From: Antedon mediterranea
Lineage: Eukaryota; Animalia; Echinodermata
DNA length: 64,000 nt
Direction: 5' to 3'
Assembly: GCF_964355755.1 (NCBI RefSeq)
Contig: NC_092672.1
Location: 8,184,001 to 8,248,000, forward strand
Of the stretch, positions 43,768 to 56,928 are shown piece after piece. How positions within the stretch are numbered: the stretch's first letter is position 1; each line of letters opens with the position of its first letter. Both the position numbers and the translations under genes were made by a program. The notes beneath the pieces were generated by a model. It made no database searches. It saw only the letters and a list, made by a program, of their open reading frames with translations, and was not told where the DNA came from.

Positions 43768-43835
43768 CAGTCATCCACACTGCGACGACGCTGCAAGTGG
43801 AGTACATCAACACTCTCATGTCACGCCTTTATAAG
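43768..43835 (-). promoter_or_regulatory. Candidate TATA box and non-coding first exon of aGPCR B
   Basis: The minus strand has CTTATAAAAGG at about 43825-43835, followed about 60 nt downstream by a strong donor CTG|GTAAGTA at 43768. The SP exon has an upstream AG acceptor at about 42343. Confidence 0.4.
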
Positions 43836-44292
43836 ACATCAATTCACACATGCGCGATCGGCTATTTAAAACATTTCTTTTCTTAATGATAAATGTAATA
43901 TAACTGTTGGAATGGCGCTATATAAATTGAACGATTGATTGAACATAACTAATAACTATAACTAAAACTCACAAAACGCTGTGATCCAATGGTTTTCAAA
44001 CTTCATGGTTTAAAATGAAATGTATACATGTTATGTTTCTAGTTCCTATGTTTCGGTGTGTGTATTTTACATCCTGGAGCCGGAATCATCATCATTTCAG
44101 TTGCTAGCTAGGCTATTCAAAAGAAGACTGCACTCAGATTTTGGACACAGAGTAGACCAGTTATATGTTGATTTTGAAAAATAATCAGCCAAAAACCTCA
44201 AATGGTTAACAAATCTACAATTGATTTTCTCATGTATCAAATTGTATATCTATCATGAGTAAACCATAACCAGAATACTTAAATCGTTGTCA

Positions 44293-45366
44293 GGGTGTCA
44301 CAAAACCTAAGACCACGAAAGCTAAGACCCCCTAAGACCTAAGATCACGAAAGCTAAGACCCAAAACCTAAGATTACAAATTCTAAGATATACTACAGCT
44401 TAAAAACAATACTTGTTTATCCATACATAATTTTAAACACAGTAGGTTTCATTTATTACCATAAATATAATTTAATACTACCGCAAAACTTAGATAAACT
44501 CACATTATTTTCGCCCGTTGAGTAAATGTATATTTTTTTTTTACAACAAACAAACTTGACGGGTTGTTTGTTGGTATATATTTACTCCAATGTGTTGGTG
44601 GTTCAGAGGATGTTTTTCTTACGCACCTGCCTTTCTTGTATTTTGACTTCAAATTTGTTGACTAACTTTATCCTGAATACCACACTTTAAAATTAGGACT
44701 TATAAGTACTTTCAAAAGGAGAAACACATAATAACAAATAAATAAATCCTTTCCCATCCTGATTTTAAAGACGTGTTTCTTTGTATACTGTAATGTAACT
44801 CCTCGAGCTCCCCATGCTCAATGTTTTTGTTTCTATGGAGCGCCAAAAGAGCAACAATAATAGTACAAGTATAAAAACAGAAAGAAAACGAAACAAAAAA
44901 ACTTATCATAATTTTTAAGTTAAAATTTATTTGCCAGCATTTATTTCTTCGTACTTGCATGATTATACTATTATCATTACAATTTTAATTTTATATTGTT
45001 CCATCCACACTGTAGATGGACTCCACAGAGTTTTCAGCCCTCTATATAATTTTTGCTCTTTTGACGTTCCATAGAAACAAAACCATTGAACATGGGGGGT
45101 AGGCCTACTTCTAGTGTGCTGTAGGCTAGTCATTTTGTGTGCGAGAAAAACGTCTGTAAAATCATCAATTTAAAAATGTATTTGTTACTTTTTATGTGAT
45201 TCTTTTTCATGAAAGTGCCAAGTCTAAGGTGTGGTATTCAGAATAAATGTTGGGAGTTAAAATACAAGGCAGGTGCGAAAGATAAATATTTGTAATCTTA
45301 GATCTTGGGTCTTAGCTTTCGTGATCTTAGGTCTTAGCTTTCGTGGTCTTAGGTTTCGTGACACCC
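44293..45366. mobile_element. Non-autonomous MULE/foldback-type DNA transposon with a 10-bp TSD
   Basis: TIR GGGTGTCAC(A/G)AAACCTAAGACCACGAAAGCTAAGACC with internal CTAAGA subrepeats. Perfect direct repeat ATCGTTGTCA at 44283-44292 and 45367-45376. Long internal imperfect inverted arms. Confidence 0.88.
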
Positions 45367-45763
45367 ATCGTTGTCATTATTGGAATATTCTTCCACTGGG
45401 GCATGACAATTGAGTAAAATATCATAATTGAGCGTTAATTGGTGTGTATCCTTGCCATTTGATTGGTTAATAAGGTTGAGTTCAGTATTCATGGTTCTAC
45501 TGCACAGAAGGTGTCTAATCGTTCTATAATGGTTCTATTGAACTTTCATCTTTTTTGCAACCATTTAGAGAATTGTGTGCCACAGTATATAGGGGTATTT
45601 TTGTTCATAAGAGCCGCTGATGAGGATGGATAGAGGATGTTTATCCATAACACAGGACAATTCCCATTACAGACAGATGAAGTCTTTTTATAAACAGACG
45701 TCCAAAAACTATTCGAGGAGTGTGTGTTCGAGTTAAGGTTACGAATTGTCATAAAATGGTATA

Positions 45764-47429
45764 CCGTAAATCTTCTAATTGTAACCCTGCGGGTTATTAT
45801 TCTTTGATTGTTTTTTAGGGTGGGGTACTATTAGAAGAGGGGGTTACAATTAGAGTAGTGTCCCTATTACTATTAATAATATTAAATTAGGCACGTGGAA
45901 AAGGTAACCCACTCCCAACTTTTCCGGTCAGCAACTCATATATAGCAAAATAATATAACAGTACGAATAAACAAATTTGGTTGAACTATATTTATAGTAT
46001 ATTAGGTATAAACTCAATCCTCCATCACTCCCGAGCGAGCCATGCATTATCTCCTTATTTTCAAAATATGGGCTGCATCATAAGTTTTTGTGGGTTATTA
46101 TTGTAGATTGACTTATAAGGTGGGTTACTATTAGAAGGGGGTTACTATTAGAAGGTGGTTACTATTAGAGTGTGGGTTACTATTAGAGTGTGGGTTACTA
46201 TAAGAAGCGGGTTACTATTAGAGTGTGGGTTACTATAAGAGGGTGCTTACTATTAGAGGGTGCTTACTATAAGAGTGTGGGTTACTATTAGAGTGTGGGT
46301 TACTATTAGAGTGTGGGTTACTATTAGAGTGGGGGTTGCTATTAGAGTAGTGGGTTATTATTGTAGATGGACTTATAAGGTGGGTTACTATTAGAAGGGG
46401 GTTACTATTAGAAGGGGGTTACTATTAGAGTGTGGGTTACTATTAGAGTGTGGGTTACTATTAGAAGGTGGTTACTATTAGAGTGTGGGTTACTATTAGA
46501 GTGTGGGTTACTATTAGAAGGGGGTTACTATTAGAGTGTGGGTTACTATTAGAAGGGGGTTACTATTAGAGTGTGGGTTACTATTAGAAGGGGTAATTAT
46601 TAGAAGGGGGTTACTATTAGAGTATGGGTTACTATTAGAAGGGGGTAACTATTAGAGTGTGTGTTACTATTAGAAGGGAGTAACTATTAGAGTGTGGGTT
46701 ACTATTAGAAGGGGGTATATTAGAGTGTGGGTTACTATTAGAAGGAGGTAAATATTAGAGTGTGGGTTACTATTAGAAGGGGGTAAATATTAGAGTGTGG
46801 GTTACTATTAGAAGGGGTAAATATTAGAGTGTGGGTTACTATTAGAAGGGTGTAAATATTAGAGTGTGGGTTACTATTAGAAGGGGTAACTATTAGATTG
46901 TGGGTTACTATTAGAAGGGGGTAACTATTAGAGTGTGGGTTACTATTAGAAGGGGGTAACTATTAGAGTGTGGGTTACTATTAGAGTGTGGGTTACTATT
47001 CGAAGGAGGTTACTATTAGAGTGTGGGTTACTATTAAAAGGGGGATACTATTAGAGTGTGGGTTACTATTAGAAGGGGGTTACTATTAGAGTGTGGGTTA
47101 CTATTAGAAGGGGGTTACTATTAGAGTGTGGGTTTCTATTAGAAGGGGGTAACTATTAGAGTGTGTGTTACTATTAGAAGGGGTTACTATTAGAGTGGGG
47201 GTTACTATTAGAAGGGGGTAACTATTTTAGTGTGGGTTACTATTAGAAGGGGGTTACTATTAGATTGTTTGTTACTATTAGAAGGGGTTACTATTAGAAG
47301 GAGGTTACTATTAGAGTGTGGGTTACTATTAGAAGGTGGGTTACTATTAGAAGGGGTTACTATTAGAAGGGGGTTACTATTAGAAGGGGGTTACTATTAT
47401 AGTGTGGGTTACTATTAGAGGATTTACAG
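45764..47429. mobile_element. TA-flanked (Tc1/mariner/pogo-type) non-autonomous element containing an 18-bp minisatellite
   Basis: Ends are TA|CCGTAAATCTTCTAAT and ATTAGAGGATTTACAG|TA. Confidence 0.65.
46088..47420. repeat. 18-bp minisatellite (TTACTATTAGAGTGTGGG / TTACTATTAGAAGGGGG), about 70 units
   Basis: Directly visible tandem array with two alternating unit variants. Confidence 0.95.
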
Positions 47430-50400
47430 TAAACCGATGGTTTTCGGAACTTGTGTTCAATTCGCCAAATAAACAGTAACTAAAAATGTCTCACCAACAG
47501 TGAAAAATGATAAAATGTCTCACACATTGTTGAAAATCATTATTAGTAGGCCTATATTATATTACTATTATCATGGTTACTTTCAACAACAAGTCTATAC
47601 TATCTAATTAGAAGAATTGTTAACAAGCTTAAAATCAAGGTTATTGTTATTCAAAGAAATGTCCCAGTTATGATAATGTTTTTAGTAAAAACAGTCGTAA
47701 AAAGTTCCATCGTGAGCATCAATAACATTGTATTCATTTCAATATTATTACATAAATACAGTATGCATCATTAAATTAATCTTGTCGGTAAATGAAAAGA
47801 AAGAAACAAGCTATAAAAGCAGTAATATTTTCTAGATCATAAACGTTGTATAACGTTTTACAAAATTAATTTTATGATAACAACATAGCATAATTAAATA
47901 TCAACTTCGAGTTTTTAATTAAAAATTTATAAATAAATAACAATACTAATTAACGATATGTCATAGTATCGTGGAATCGATCATACTTTCACCAAAAACG
48001 AAAGTCTTATATCGTATTTCTATGCATGTAATTTTAACCTGATTGTTAGTCTGTTAATATGTTGAGAGACATATAGAGCAATATACGGTAGCAATATATT
48101 GTATTTTTCTTGTATATGGTTTTATCTTAACTGTTTGTATTGTATGGAGTGAGTGCAGAATTTGTTTGGGCTTTAGCCTATTCTCATTCCTGGTTATTTT
48201 TTACATTGATGACCGAATAAATATTATTATTGTTAATATTATTAATTTCACGCATGTTTCAAGTGTTTTGATTTATAAAGACAGAGAATAATAGGCCTAC
48301 AGGTTTTTTGTCATATTTCTGGTTAGTGCGCCATTCCATTTTTGTCTGAAAAATAGAGTTTGTGCGATCAAGATAATACGTATGAAACGCCATATATGCC
48401 AAAATATTCATCTTTTTACTAATATTAATTTTAAACTCTAGAACATATACTAAGGAACTTGAACTCTTAGGTTAAAAATAGTATAATCATGAAGTGCTGA
48501 ATTAAAATAATGTTATAAATTCATTCATTATGCACTAAAAATGACAAATAGGAAAACAAACATAATATAATCTCATGCTCGGTTATCTCTATGGTAACCG
48601 TATCCTATCACAACCTTCTCGTCCCCTCTTAAAAGAATATTATTTTCTTCCATCATTAATCCGACTTCAATCCCACCTCATGCGAACAACCCGTTATTCC
48701 AAATCATTTAGCTCTAAGTGAATTACAGTTTTCAACAACACCGTTACTAGATATTTTGGTTCCGTTTAAGTAATTTATTGTGTATAACGTTTATGTGTAA
48801 TTTTGTATAGTGTGTATATGTTATTATATATTTATTCGTTCTTTAAATAGTGTACAAAAAACGAATTTCTGTTTTATTGCATGTGAGAGCAGTGCATTAT
48901 TATTATTACTCTAGAAAACGATACTACATTATAGTAAATTAATTAAATAGTACCTGTAGAATTAGAATTTAAGATCTACTTAGAATAATAAAGTACGTCA
49001 ATAGATCAATTATAGATATTTTGAATAGTCATTTAATTAATAGAACATAAGGGATGTTATTAATATTTTAAACCTACACGTGATGTTAACGATTGGTACT
49101 GCACTTTGTGAACGTTTTTGTTAGAAATATTTATGATCGAAATAAATATTTGTATATGAAAGTTTAATTGAATAACAGTATAATTTAAGTATACCTATTT
49201 TACCTTAATCGAAATTATATGAATTTTCAAATTATGAGTTTTACTATGGTTATAAATAGTTGCGAAGTCAAAAGCTAATAAAAATCTTACAAATGTACAA
49301 TAAATGCCAATATGTTTTTTATTAATATGCAAATTAAATAATATATATTATGTTATAATAATGACTCTATATACTAAATAACTCTGTACCACAACGGACA
49401 ATGTATTATTTAACTTTACCTTCGATTTCATGTAAATATGGTTTTTAATTTGGTATATTATTTATAAGTGAGTGTTCTTTATGGACTAATAATCTTTGGT
49501 GTAATTAACGTCGAAATACTTAATCATGACGCGTCTAAGATTTTCTAGAGCCTTGTCTACACAAATGTTATGTGACAAGAAAATGGGATGCGCCCATATA
49601 TGTAAATGATGATGTCATGTCACTACCATATTTAGACATATCACCACCGTATTTGGGCACATCACACTTTTCGTCAAACTATTTTGATAGTGTAGACAGA
49701 GCTTTAGAGTTCTTGTGCTTTGGACAAAACCGTACACGCGTGTGCCTATTTCAGTGCTGAAGGACATAATAAAATCATAATTGTATATTATTACAAGCAC
49801 CATTATTATAATTATCGCTTTTATATGTAATTGCTTAATTGGTCCATATCATTTTAAACATGGAAATCAAGGTCAAAATATTATTTGACCTGTCATAAAT
49901 AAAATACGTAACTGCATAAAACAATACCCGGCACTCCTCAATCACGGATGCATAATTAACGGTTCATGCATTGATGAGACACTCGTTTACAATGACTTGT
50001 CAATTCACCACATGTTACCATATGGCCGTGAGGTAAGCATACCAGCGTAAACTTGATTCTATTGTACAAACGCCAACAATTATCGATTATCTATTTCATT
50101 ATTACCGACCATTAAACCATATTGCTGTTGTTCAAGATATATGATTTCAATATTGGAACAGATAGGACAGCAACAGTGATTGGTACGTATACTTTTTTAG
50201 TATAGAAAGTATTTTAGAAAGAATTCACTTAAACTAACTGTCTATAATGGTTGTTGTTTACTGTACTCAAGCTGAAAGGAAATATAATTATTCACGAGCA
50301 CCGGAATCCGGTATTTTCGGGGACCGCCGCGGAACGTATATAATATAAATAGTCTGTCAAAAATAACAAAACAATATAATTTTAGCTGTCAACCGAAGGG

Positions 50401-51125
50401 AGCTAGTTTTACGCACTGGACCCGCTACTGAATACACTAATTCACACTATGGGGATGAGTACAAGAACAAAATACCATCAAACTGTATATGTGACAACAA
50501 ATATTATGCGGCCATATATGGACACGACTACATCATATCACTACTAATTTGGGCATATCACTACCATATTTGGGTACATCACACTTTTTGTTTGTCAAAT
50601 TAGTTTGATAATGTAGACAGAGCTTAAGATCAAGATAACAGTAGATCACAACAACGAGTTATATTAGTTTCCAAATTTTTGTTGAAATTTGTTTTTAATT
50701 GAAGAAATGTTTTTTAGACGTGTGTTGTGGGACGACAAGTGCTTGAAACTAATGACTATAATATAAAAGACTGTAAAGTGGCTTCAGGATAATTATGTAT
50801 TTTTATTTGATACATTAAAGTTTATGGGACAGTACTTCAAATCTAACAAAAATGAATTTGAATATATGAATATCACTCGATCGAATTTTGTCTACTTCAA
50901 TAGGCATTTTAGACTTATAATTGTACATAAATAAACGCTTGGTTTCGTTGTTGTGTTATATATTGTATTAAAGAATTCAGGCTTCGCAATTGCAAACGCT
51001 AAAATAATATGTGTATTCATCCAAGATAAGAAAGAACTGGTTCTACTGTGAATACGACATGTCAAGTTGTCATATAGAACTAACACCTCCATCCATTTAG
51101 TGTTTACTATAACTTGACAAGAATA

Positions 51126-51327
51126 TATTGTTTGAAGATTTGAATGGCGAAATCAAAATAAAGTTTGCGATACACCACGTATCTTAATTCTGAAAAACTG
51201 TTGAGTTTCTCGACGTTTCCATCAATATGCTTTGATCGTCCTCAGGAGTAAAAACTGAGGCCGATCAAAGCATAGTGATCGAAACGTCAAAATGATACGT
51301 GGTGTACCGCAAACTTTATATCAACAT
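51126..51327. mobile_element. Penelope-like mini-insertion with inverted minimal hammerhead-ribozyme motifs
   Basis: A 12-bp direct repeat TTGACAAGAATA (51114-51125 and 51328-51339) flanks it; the paralogous site at about 61148 has a single copy. Minus strand: CTC-CTGAGGA-CGATC..GATG-GAAA-CG-TC-GAG. Plus strand: CTGAGGC-CGATC..GATC-GAAA-CG-TC. Confidence 0.7.
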
Positions 51328-52598
51328 TTGACAAGAATAAACACAATACAAGTCCTATACCAATGGATACGACTAGTCCTAATCATTCTTATTATTATAT
51401 TAAACAGTTTATTTTCCGTAATTAATAATAATATATAACTATAGTTCTGTGTACTATGGAGTTAATTCAAGTTATGATGAAAAAAAACCCAGAGTTAAGA
51501 GTTGGTATAGATTGTAAAATTTTGAGGGTATTGAATAAAGCATTGGTAGTATTATGTGTAAGCTGCGACAACACTGATTTAATATGTATTAATTTAGAAT
51601 ATTCAAACAAAATATATACTTAGTTTTAGGCCTACGTGGGTGGATAATTATTAAATTCAAATTATATTTCACGGGATATTTTGTCATTATAATATAACAT
51701 ATCGGGAGTTTAGGACTAAAACGGTCATAATACAGAGTATACTAACCAGCAAGTAATTGTGTTTTATTATTAGTAATATTTATATTCAAATGATGACACA
51801 ATATTCTTGTTCAGAAAGCATTCATTTTATACGTGTAGGCCCTCATAACACCCTCGTTATCTACATTAAGAATGGATGTCATCATTTAGTTATATTAGCT
51901 GTAGCTGTATGGCTTATCATTATTGTGTAGCAGCAGCAATAAAAGCATGACAGTACTGTATAATGTAATTTGTAATACAGCCACACAACGTGATAATAAT
52001 GTCGAATCTAACACTTGGGAATAGACGGTATACTAACGACTTGTTCACTCTAGTGTAATAACGACGGTTTATTAAAAGCTTTTAAAACAAATGGTGTATT
52101 ACGTAGAAAATCTGTTTAAAAGAGCCTATACGTAAAGTACTAGAAAATGGCTGCATTGTGCAATGCTCTATATGACAATATGCAAATCGAGAGCGAAACA
52201 CTGTTCTCATCTTTACAGTAACAGTAAGTCTTTCAAATACTACGTGCTCAAATGAATTAAAGTTTAATACCCTCTTGAACCATTAGTCAACTTTCTATTG
52301 ACTATGCTTGGACATATAACAACAAAGTATTGGATATACGATTCATACCTATAATCTTTGAATGTTGATGAACTCATACAATAACATGTTATTACCTGAA
52401 CTTTAATTCTTATCTATGTCCATTTGTTGTCAGTTTATCAAACAAATGAATAACCAGCTTATTTTTTTTTCAGTGACGTCAGCTTTAACGTTATTATGAA
52501 GGTGAATCGAATAAACACTAATAGGCTAAACATCTGACGTTTTATCAACTGAATCGATTAAATACTGATGTTACTTGAAAAAGTATTTTAACGTGAAA

Positions 52599-55354
52599 AT
52601 GTCTAGGCTTAAAAGAGCTCTTTCCAATATCAATCGTAAAAAGCTTCTGGATGAAGATGTACTTGAGACACAGCTCGAAAGATGCCTTACCACCTGGGAT
52701 ATGACGCTACTCGGCATCGGCGCTATGATAGGCTCGGGTTTGTTTGTATTAACTGGCGAGGTTGCTGCCAACACAGCTGGGCCATCTGTAAGTCTGTCGT
52801 ATTTTATTGCCGGAATCGCAGCACTACTGGCTGCCATTTGCTACGCCGAGTTTGGTGCAAGAATTCCAAAAGCGGGATCTGCGTATATATTCGCATATGT
52901 GGCAGTTGGAGAGATCTGGGCTTTTTTGGTAGGTTGGAATATTCTCTTGGAGTACGTAGTAGGAGCTGCTGCCACAGCAAAGGCATTCAGTGGATATTTT
53001 GATGAATTAACTGGCGGCTACATTAACCAGTTTATAATAGATACACTTCTTGGTGGAGAGGAATGGCAGTCTGATATCTTTTCTGACTTTCCGGACATTA
53101 TGGCAGCTCTTTTAATTGTAATATTAATTATCCTAGTTTCATCAGGAGCTGCCCTATCCACAAAACTTAACAGCGTAGTTGTTGTAACAAGTCTAGGGCT
53201 TGTCATATTTATGTTCGTAACATCTATGTTTTACGCTGATGTCTCAAACTGGTCTGTAGGAAATGGTTATTTTGCGTACGGATTTACAGGGACCTTATCG
53301 GGTGCGGCAACATGTTTTTATGCGTATCTTGGATTTGAAGTTATTGCTGTCTCCGGTGAGGAGGCAAAAACACCAGCTAAAAGTATACCTCTGGCTACGA
53401 TATACGCGTTTATTGTTTCTGCATCTTGCTACATTCTAGCTTCAATTGGATTGACATTAATGGTTCCTTACATGGACATTGATCCGGACGCCGCCTTCTC
53501 GGCTGCGTTTGAATATGTTGGCTTAGACTGGGCAAAATACATCGTTAGTATAGGAGCTGTACTTGCGATTCTGACCTCTTCATTTGGTAATATTTTTCCT
53601 CTACCACGATCACTTTACGCAATAGCAAGTGATGGTCTTCTTTTTAAAATATTTGCTAAGGTAAATGAACGAACGAAAGTACCAATATTTGGAGTCATTT
53701 TCTTTGGGATATTTTCAATCGTTTTAGCAATATTTTTTGATCTAGATGCTCTTATAGAATTTCTATCGATTGGCACCTTGTGTGGCTTCTCTTTTGTCGC
53801 CGCATCTGTAATAATTGTCAGATACTCACCAGAATTGTGCAACATCACAATACGCAACCCAAGAGGCCGCCCTGCCATCCCTAATAAAAGTTCTAATGGA
53901 GAGGTTAGTGACATTTTAGAGGAACCTGGAACTATTTCTAGTGAGAAGGAATTATTAACTGGACGATTGAAGGAACGCTTCCAATGTTTTGCCTTTCTTG
54001 AGAGTTCAGTGCCCGGTGAAACAGTTGTATACTGTTTAGCCTTCAGTGTAATTTGTGAATTTATGACAGCAATTGTTCTTGTCTATAAATACGAAGACTT
54101 GTTAGCAGGAGAATGGTGGGCTGTGATGTATGTCATCATTCTTGGTTCTCTTGCGATATTGTCATTTATGGTAATACCAATGCACCACCAAAGTGAGATT
54201 GAACTCGATTTCAAGGTATTGATTCATTCTAGTAACTAACACCAAGTAGATAAAATAACATATCGGGTATAAGACTAACTTGGCATCGGGGGTGAGGTGG
54301 GGGAGGGGGTACTATTCCAGGAGTGAAATAAGGCAATAAGTACACTTGGTGATCCCCTACTCTTTTAATGTTTATATGGGTTACAATGGTAAGTGGACCA
54401 AGGGCGTTTTGGATACATACCCACCATTAAACTTCCATCAAATATTATCTTATCGCGGGAGGAAGAGGTCACTATTTCTGTCCATTGCAAAAATTCCTTC
54501 TGATGTCAGGTGTCAATGTAAGGCAGGCCATGATGCCCTCTGACGTCATTACATTATCAGCATAGATAGTATAATATATAATTAATAGTATAATTCAAAT
54601 ATTCATATTGGCATAGGGATCATCATTCATTTAACACAATAAAATATCTATCTTTCCATCTAGGTTCCATTAGTTCCATTCTTTCCATTTGCAAGTATAA
54701 CGTTGAACTTGATCCTGATGGCTGAATTGGACAGTTATACCTGGATAAGGTTCGTCATCTGGGTTGTTCTGGGTAAGTAGTCAACTTAACAATAAATTCT
54801 ACTCTATAATTCTAACGAATGAGCACTGTCAATTACAATGAAGGGAATTAACTTAGGGCCCATTCAGGCTTAGTTATTTACCCGCTGTTAAGTTGGCTTC
54901 ATTGGCCGATCATCGCTAATTTTGGTGGGCAGGTCACCAACTTAACCGAGTAACTAAGCCTAAACGTGATGAATATCGGAAAGAAATTGAAAGATTATGG
55001 TGAATATCATGGTAAATATACCAACAGTCGCAAATAAACACATTTTAACTAGGGCCCTCCATCCAACGCTCACTTGAACATGAACATGATAAGCGTATTT
55101 TGGCCGGATCTATTTGTACAATTGAGAGATCTCAAATGTGTGTCTCCTGGCAGAGTTTATAAATCTCTGATTTCTCTTGTCATTTTTAAATAGGTTTAAT
55201 TATATACGGTTGCTACGGATACAGTCACAGCATTGCCAATCAAGACGCCATTGGATTTGTACCACTTGTCGACACACACCTACTAAACGACGCGGGACAG
55301 ACAGAAAACGGTGATACAACATATGGTGGAACCAATGGCATAAACCAGACGTAG
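52599..55354 (+). CDS. Cationic amino-acid transporter (SLC7 CAT subfamily, CAT4/SLC7A4-like), about 628 aa, 3 coding exons
   Basis: Exons 52599-54215, 54664-54772 and 55194-55354 total 1887 nt. Motifs: LERCLTTWD, GIGAMIGSG, CYAEFGARIPKAGSAY, GAATCFYAYLGFE, LPRSLYAIASDGLLF, SIGTL, FKVPLVP, WIRFVIW, YG..HS. The large first coding exon fits SLC7A4-like genes; exact orthology is not established. Confidence 0.92.
54855..54975. mobile_element. Small MITE remnant in CAT intron 2
   Basis: Inverted arms AGGCTTAGTTA..GTTAAGTTGG and CCAACTTAAC..TAACTAAGCCT. Confidence 0.45.
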
Positions 55355-56084
55355 TTATACATTTATGTGCCTCATAACTGTGTTACAGTGACATTAACAA
55401 TGTTTTAAACGGCGCCCAGTACAAATACATTCAATTGATGTAATCTGATGGACTTCTAAATTATTAGATATTACTTGAGATTATTATGCGCATGTTTACG
55501 AGATCTAAGACCTTTTCATATTAATGAATTAATATCTGTTCTAGTATAATCAACGGGTAGTTCAATTTATACTTTATTATATGCCTGTAAAATTTATATT
55601 TGTAACGTACAGTAGCTTTTATATTTAGTATTGGACCAAGACGATTTCTTATTTATTAGGATGAGTAAGTTATACAGTAATCTACACCTACACCAAATAT
55701 CAAATGAATGGAAAAAACCACAACAATGCGAATGAGGACGAGACGTATAAACTATTCACACTGCCTTATTGATATCTTGATTAAATGATCTAACATGTAA
55801 TTGGATGTGTTTGATTGTGTACTTTCATGTATTTTATAAATGTGATAATTATAGGATATACAATGATATAACCTATTTTCTGTATCGCGTGATGATATAC
55901 CTTCTCTTGCGCTTTTAAGCTTCAATACATAATGACACTGACTCAAAAACATTTGTCAATAATATCTGTTACTACCACGTAAATTATGTTACGCCTCTCG
56001 GTTTATTAAAATGATAATTTATCACACGAATAAAGTTTTTTTTTTTTTTAACTAATACTGTGCGTACTAGTACTTGACTCTTTC

Positions 56085-56386
56085 TACAGCGAACGTCTTG
56101 CCGATGTGTTCCATGCTATATTGGAAGACACCAACCATCCTCTTCATAACAACATTATTGGCTCCGTTATCGTTAGAAGTGGTAGAATGAGGACGGTGAA
56201 TGCACAGACGGACCGTTACAAGTGCTCGTTCTACCCAGCTGGGATAAGGCATTATAACAAAACATTTGTTAGATAGTCTCCCTTATATTTATAGTTATTT
56301 TTTTAGGCAAGCCAAGGTTTATGAGCACTGTAATTTCCATTAATTTTTTGGACAATAAATGAATCTGTATCTGTATCTGTATCTGT
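56085..56386 (+). mobile_element. 3' fragment of a Rex1-like LINE
   Basis: Reads ILEDTNHPLH..RSGRMR..TDRYKCSFYPAGIRHYN, followed by AATAAA and an (ATCTGT)n tail. Confidence 0.65.
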
Positions 56387-56928
56387 AAATATATGAAAAT
56401 ACAAAACATGTATAATATTTTAGAGTAAGATTGTTAAAATACTTACAATTTCCAAGATCTGTATATGGTAATTCCTATGTAATACGCGTAGAAAGTATTG
56501 AATTTAAATTTGTTTATGACTTGAGGTCAGCTAGTACTTATGACGTATAACAAATGCGTGCACGTCTATGATTTCTGGCGACATATTCACGACAGAAACT
56601 ACTTCAAGCAATTATGTAATATTGACAAAATTAAACTGAGAAATTATCTTTATTTATTTCGTTGTCATTTTGATTAGTAAAACTAATAAAGGCTATTTAG
56701 AAACAGTTCGTCGCGTGTGAATGCAATAAGGTTTTTTTTCTTAGCATCAATCATTATCATCTATTATGGAATGATTGTTTATTCGATTCTCTGCTATACG
56801 TATACATTTTGTACTGTAGAGCCTTCAACATAACTTAACCGATCCTTCCTTGATTCAGGTATCTCTCATTTGTCAACTACTATCAAGAATGCTATTGTGC
56901 ATGGTTTTACCGATGTGTGAGATATTAT

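Noticed and set aside
46088-47420. CRISPR array or interstitial telomere
   Set aside because: There are no unique spacers and the context is eukaryotic. The unit is 18 bp and only contains GGGTTA; it is not (TTAGGG)n.
52575-54239. Single-exon 554-aa CAT ORF as listed in the ORF track
   Set aside because: The track starts at TTG and reads into an intron. The real ATG is 52599, and splicing at 54215 adds two exons with the conserved C-terminus.
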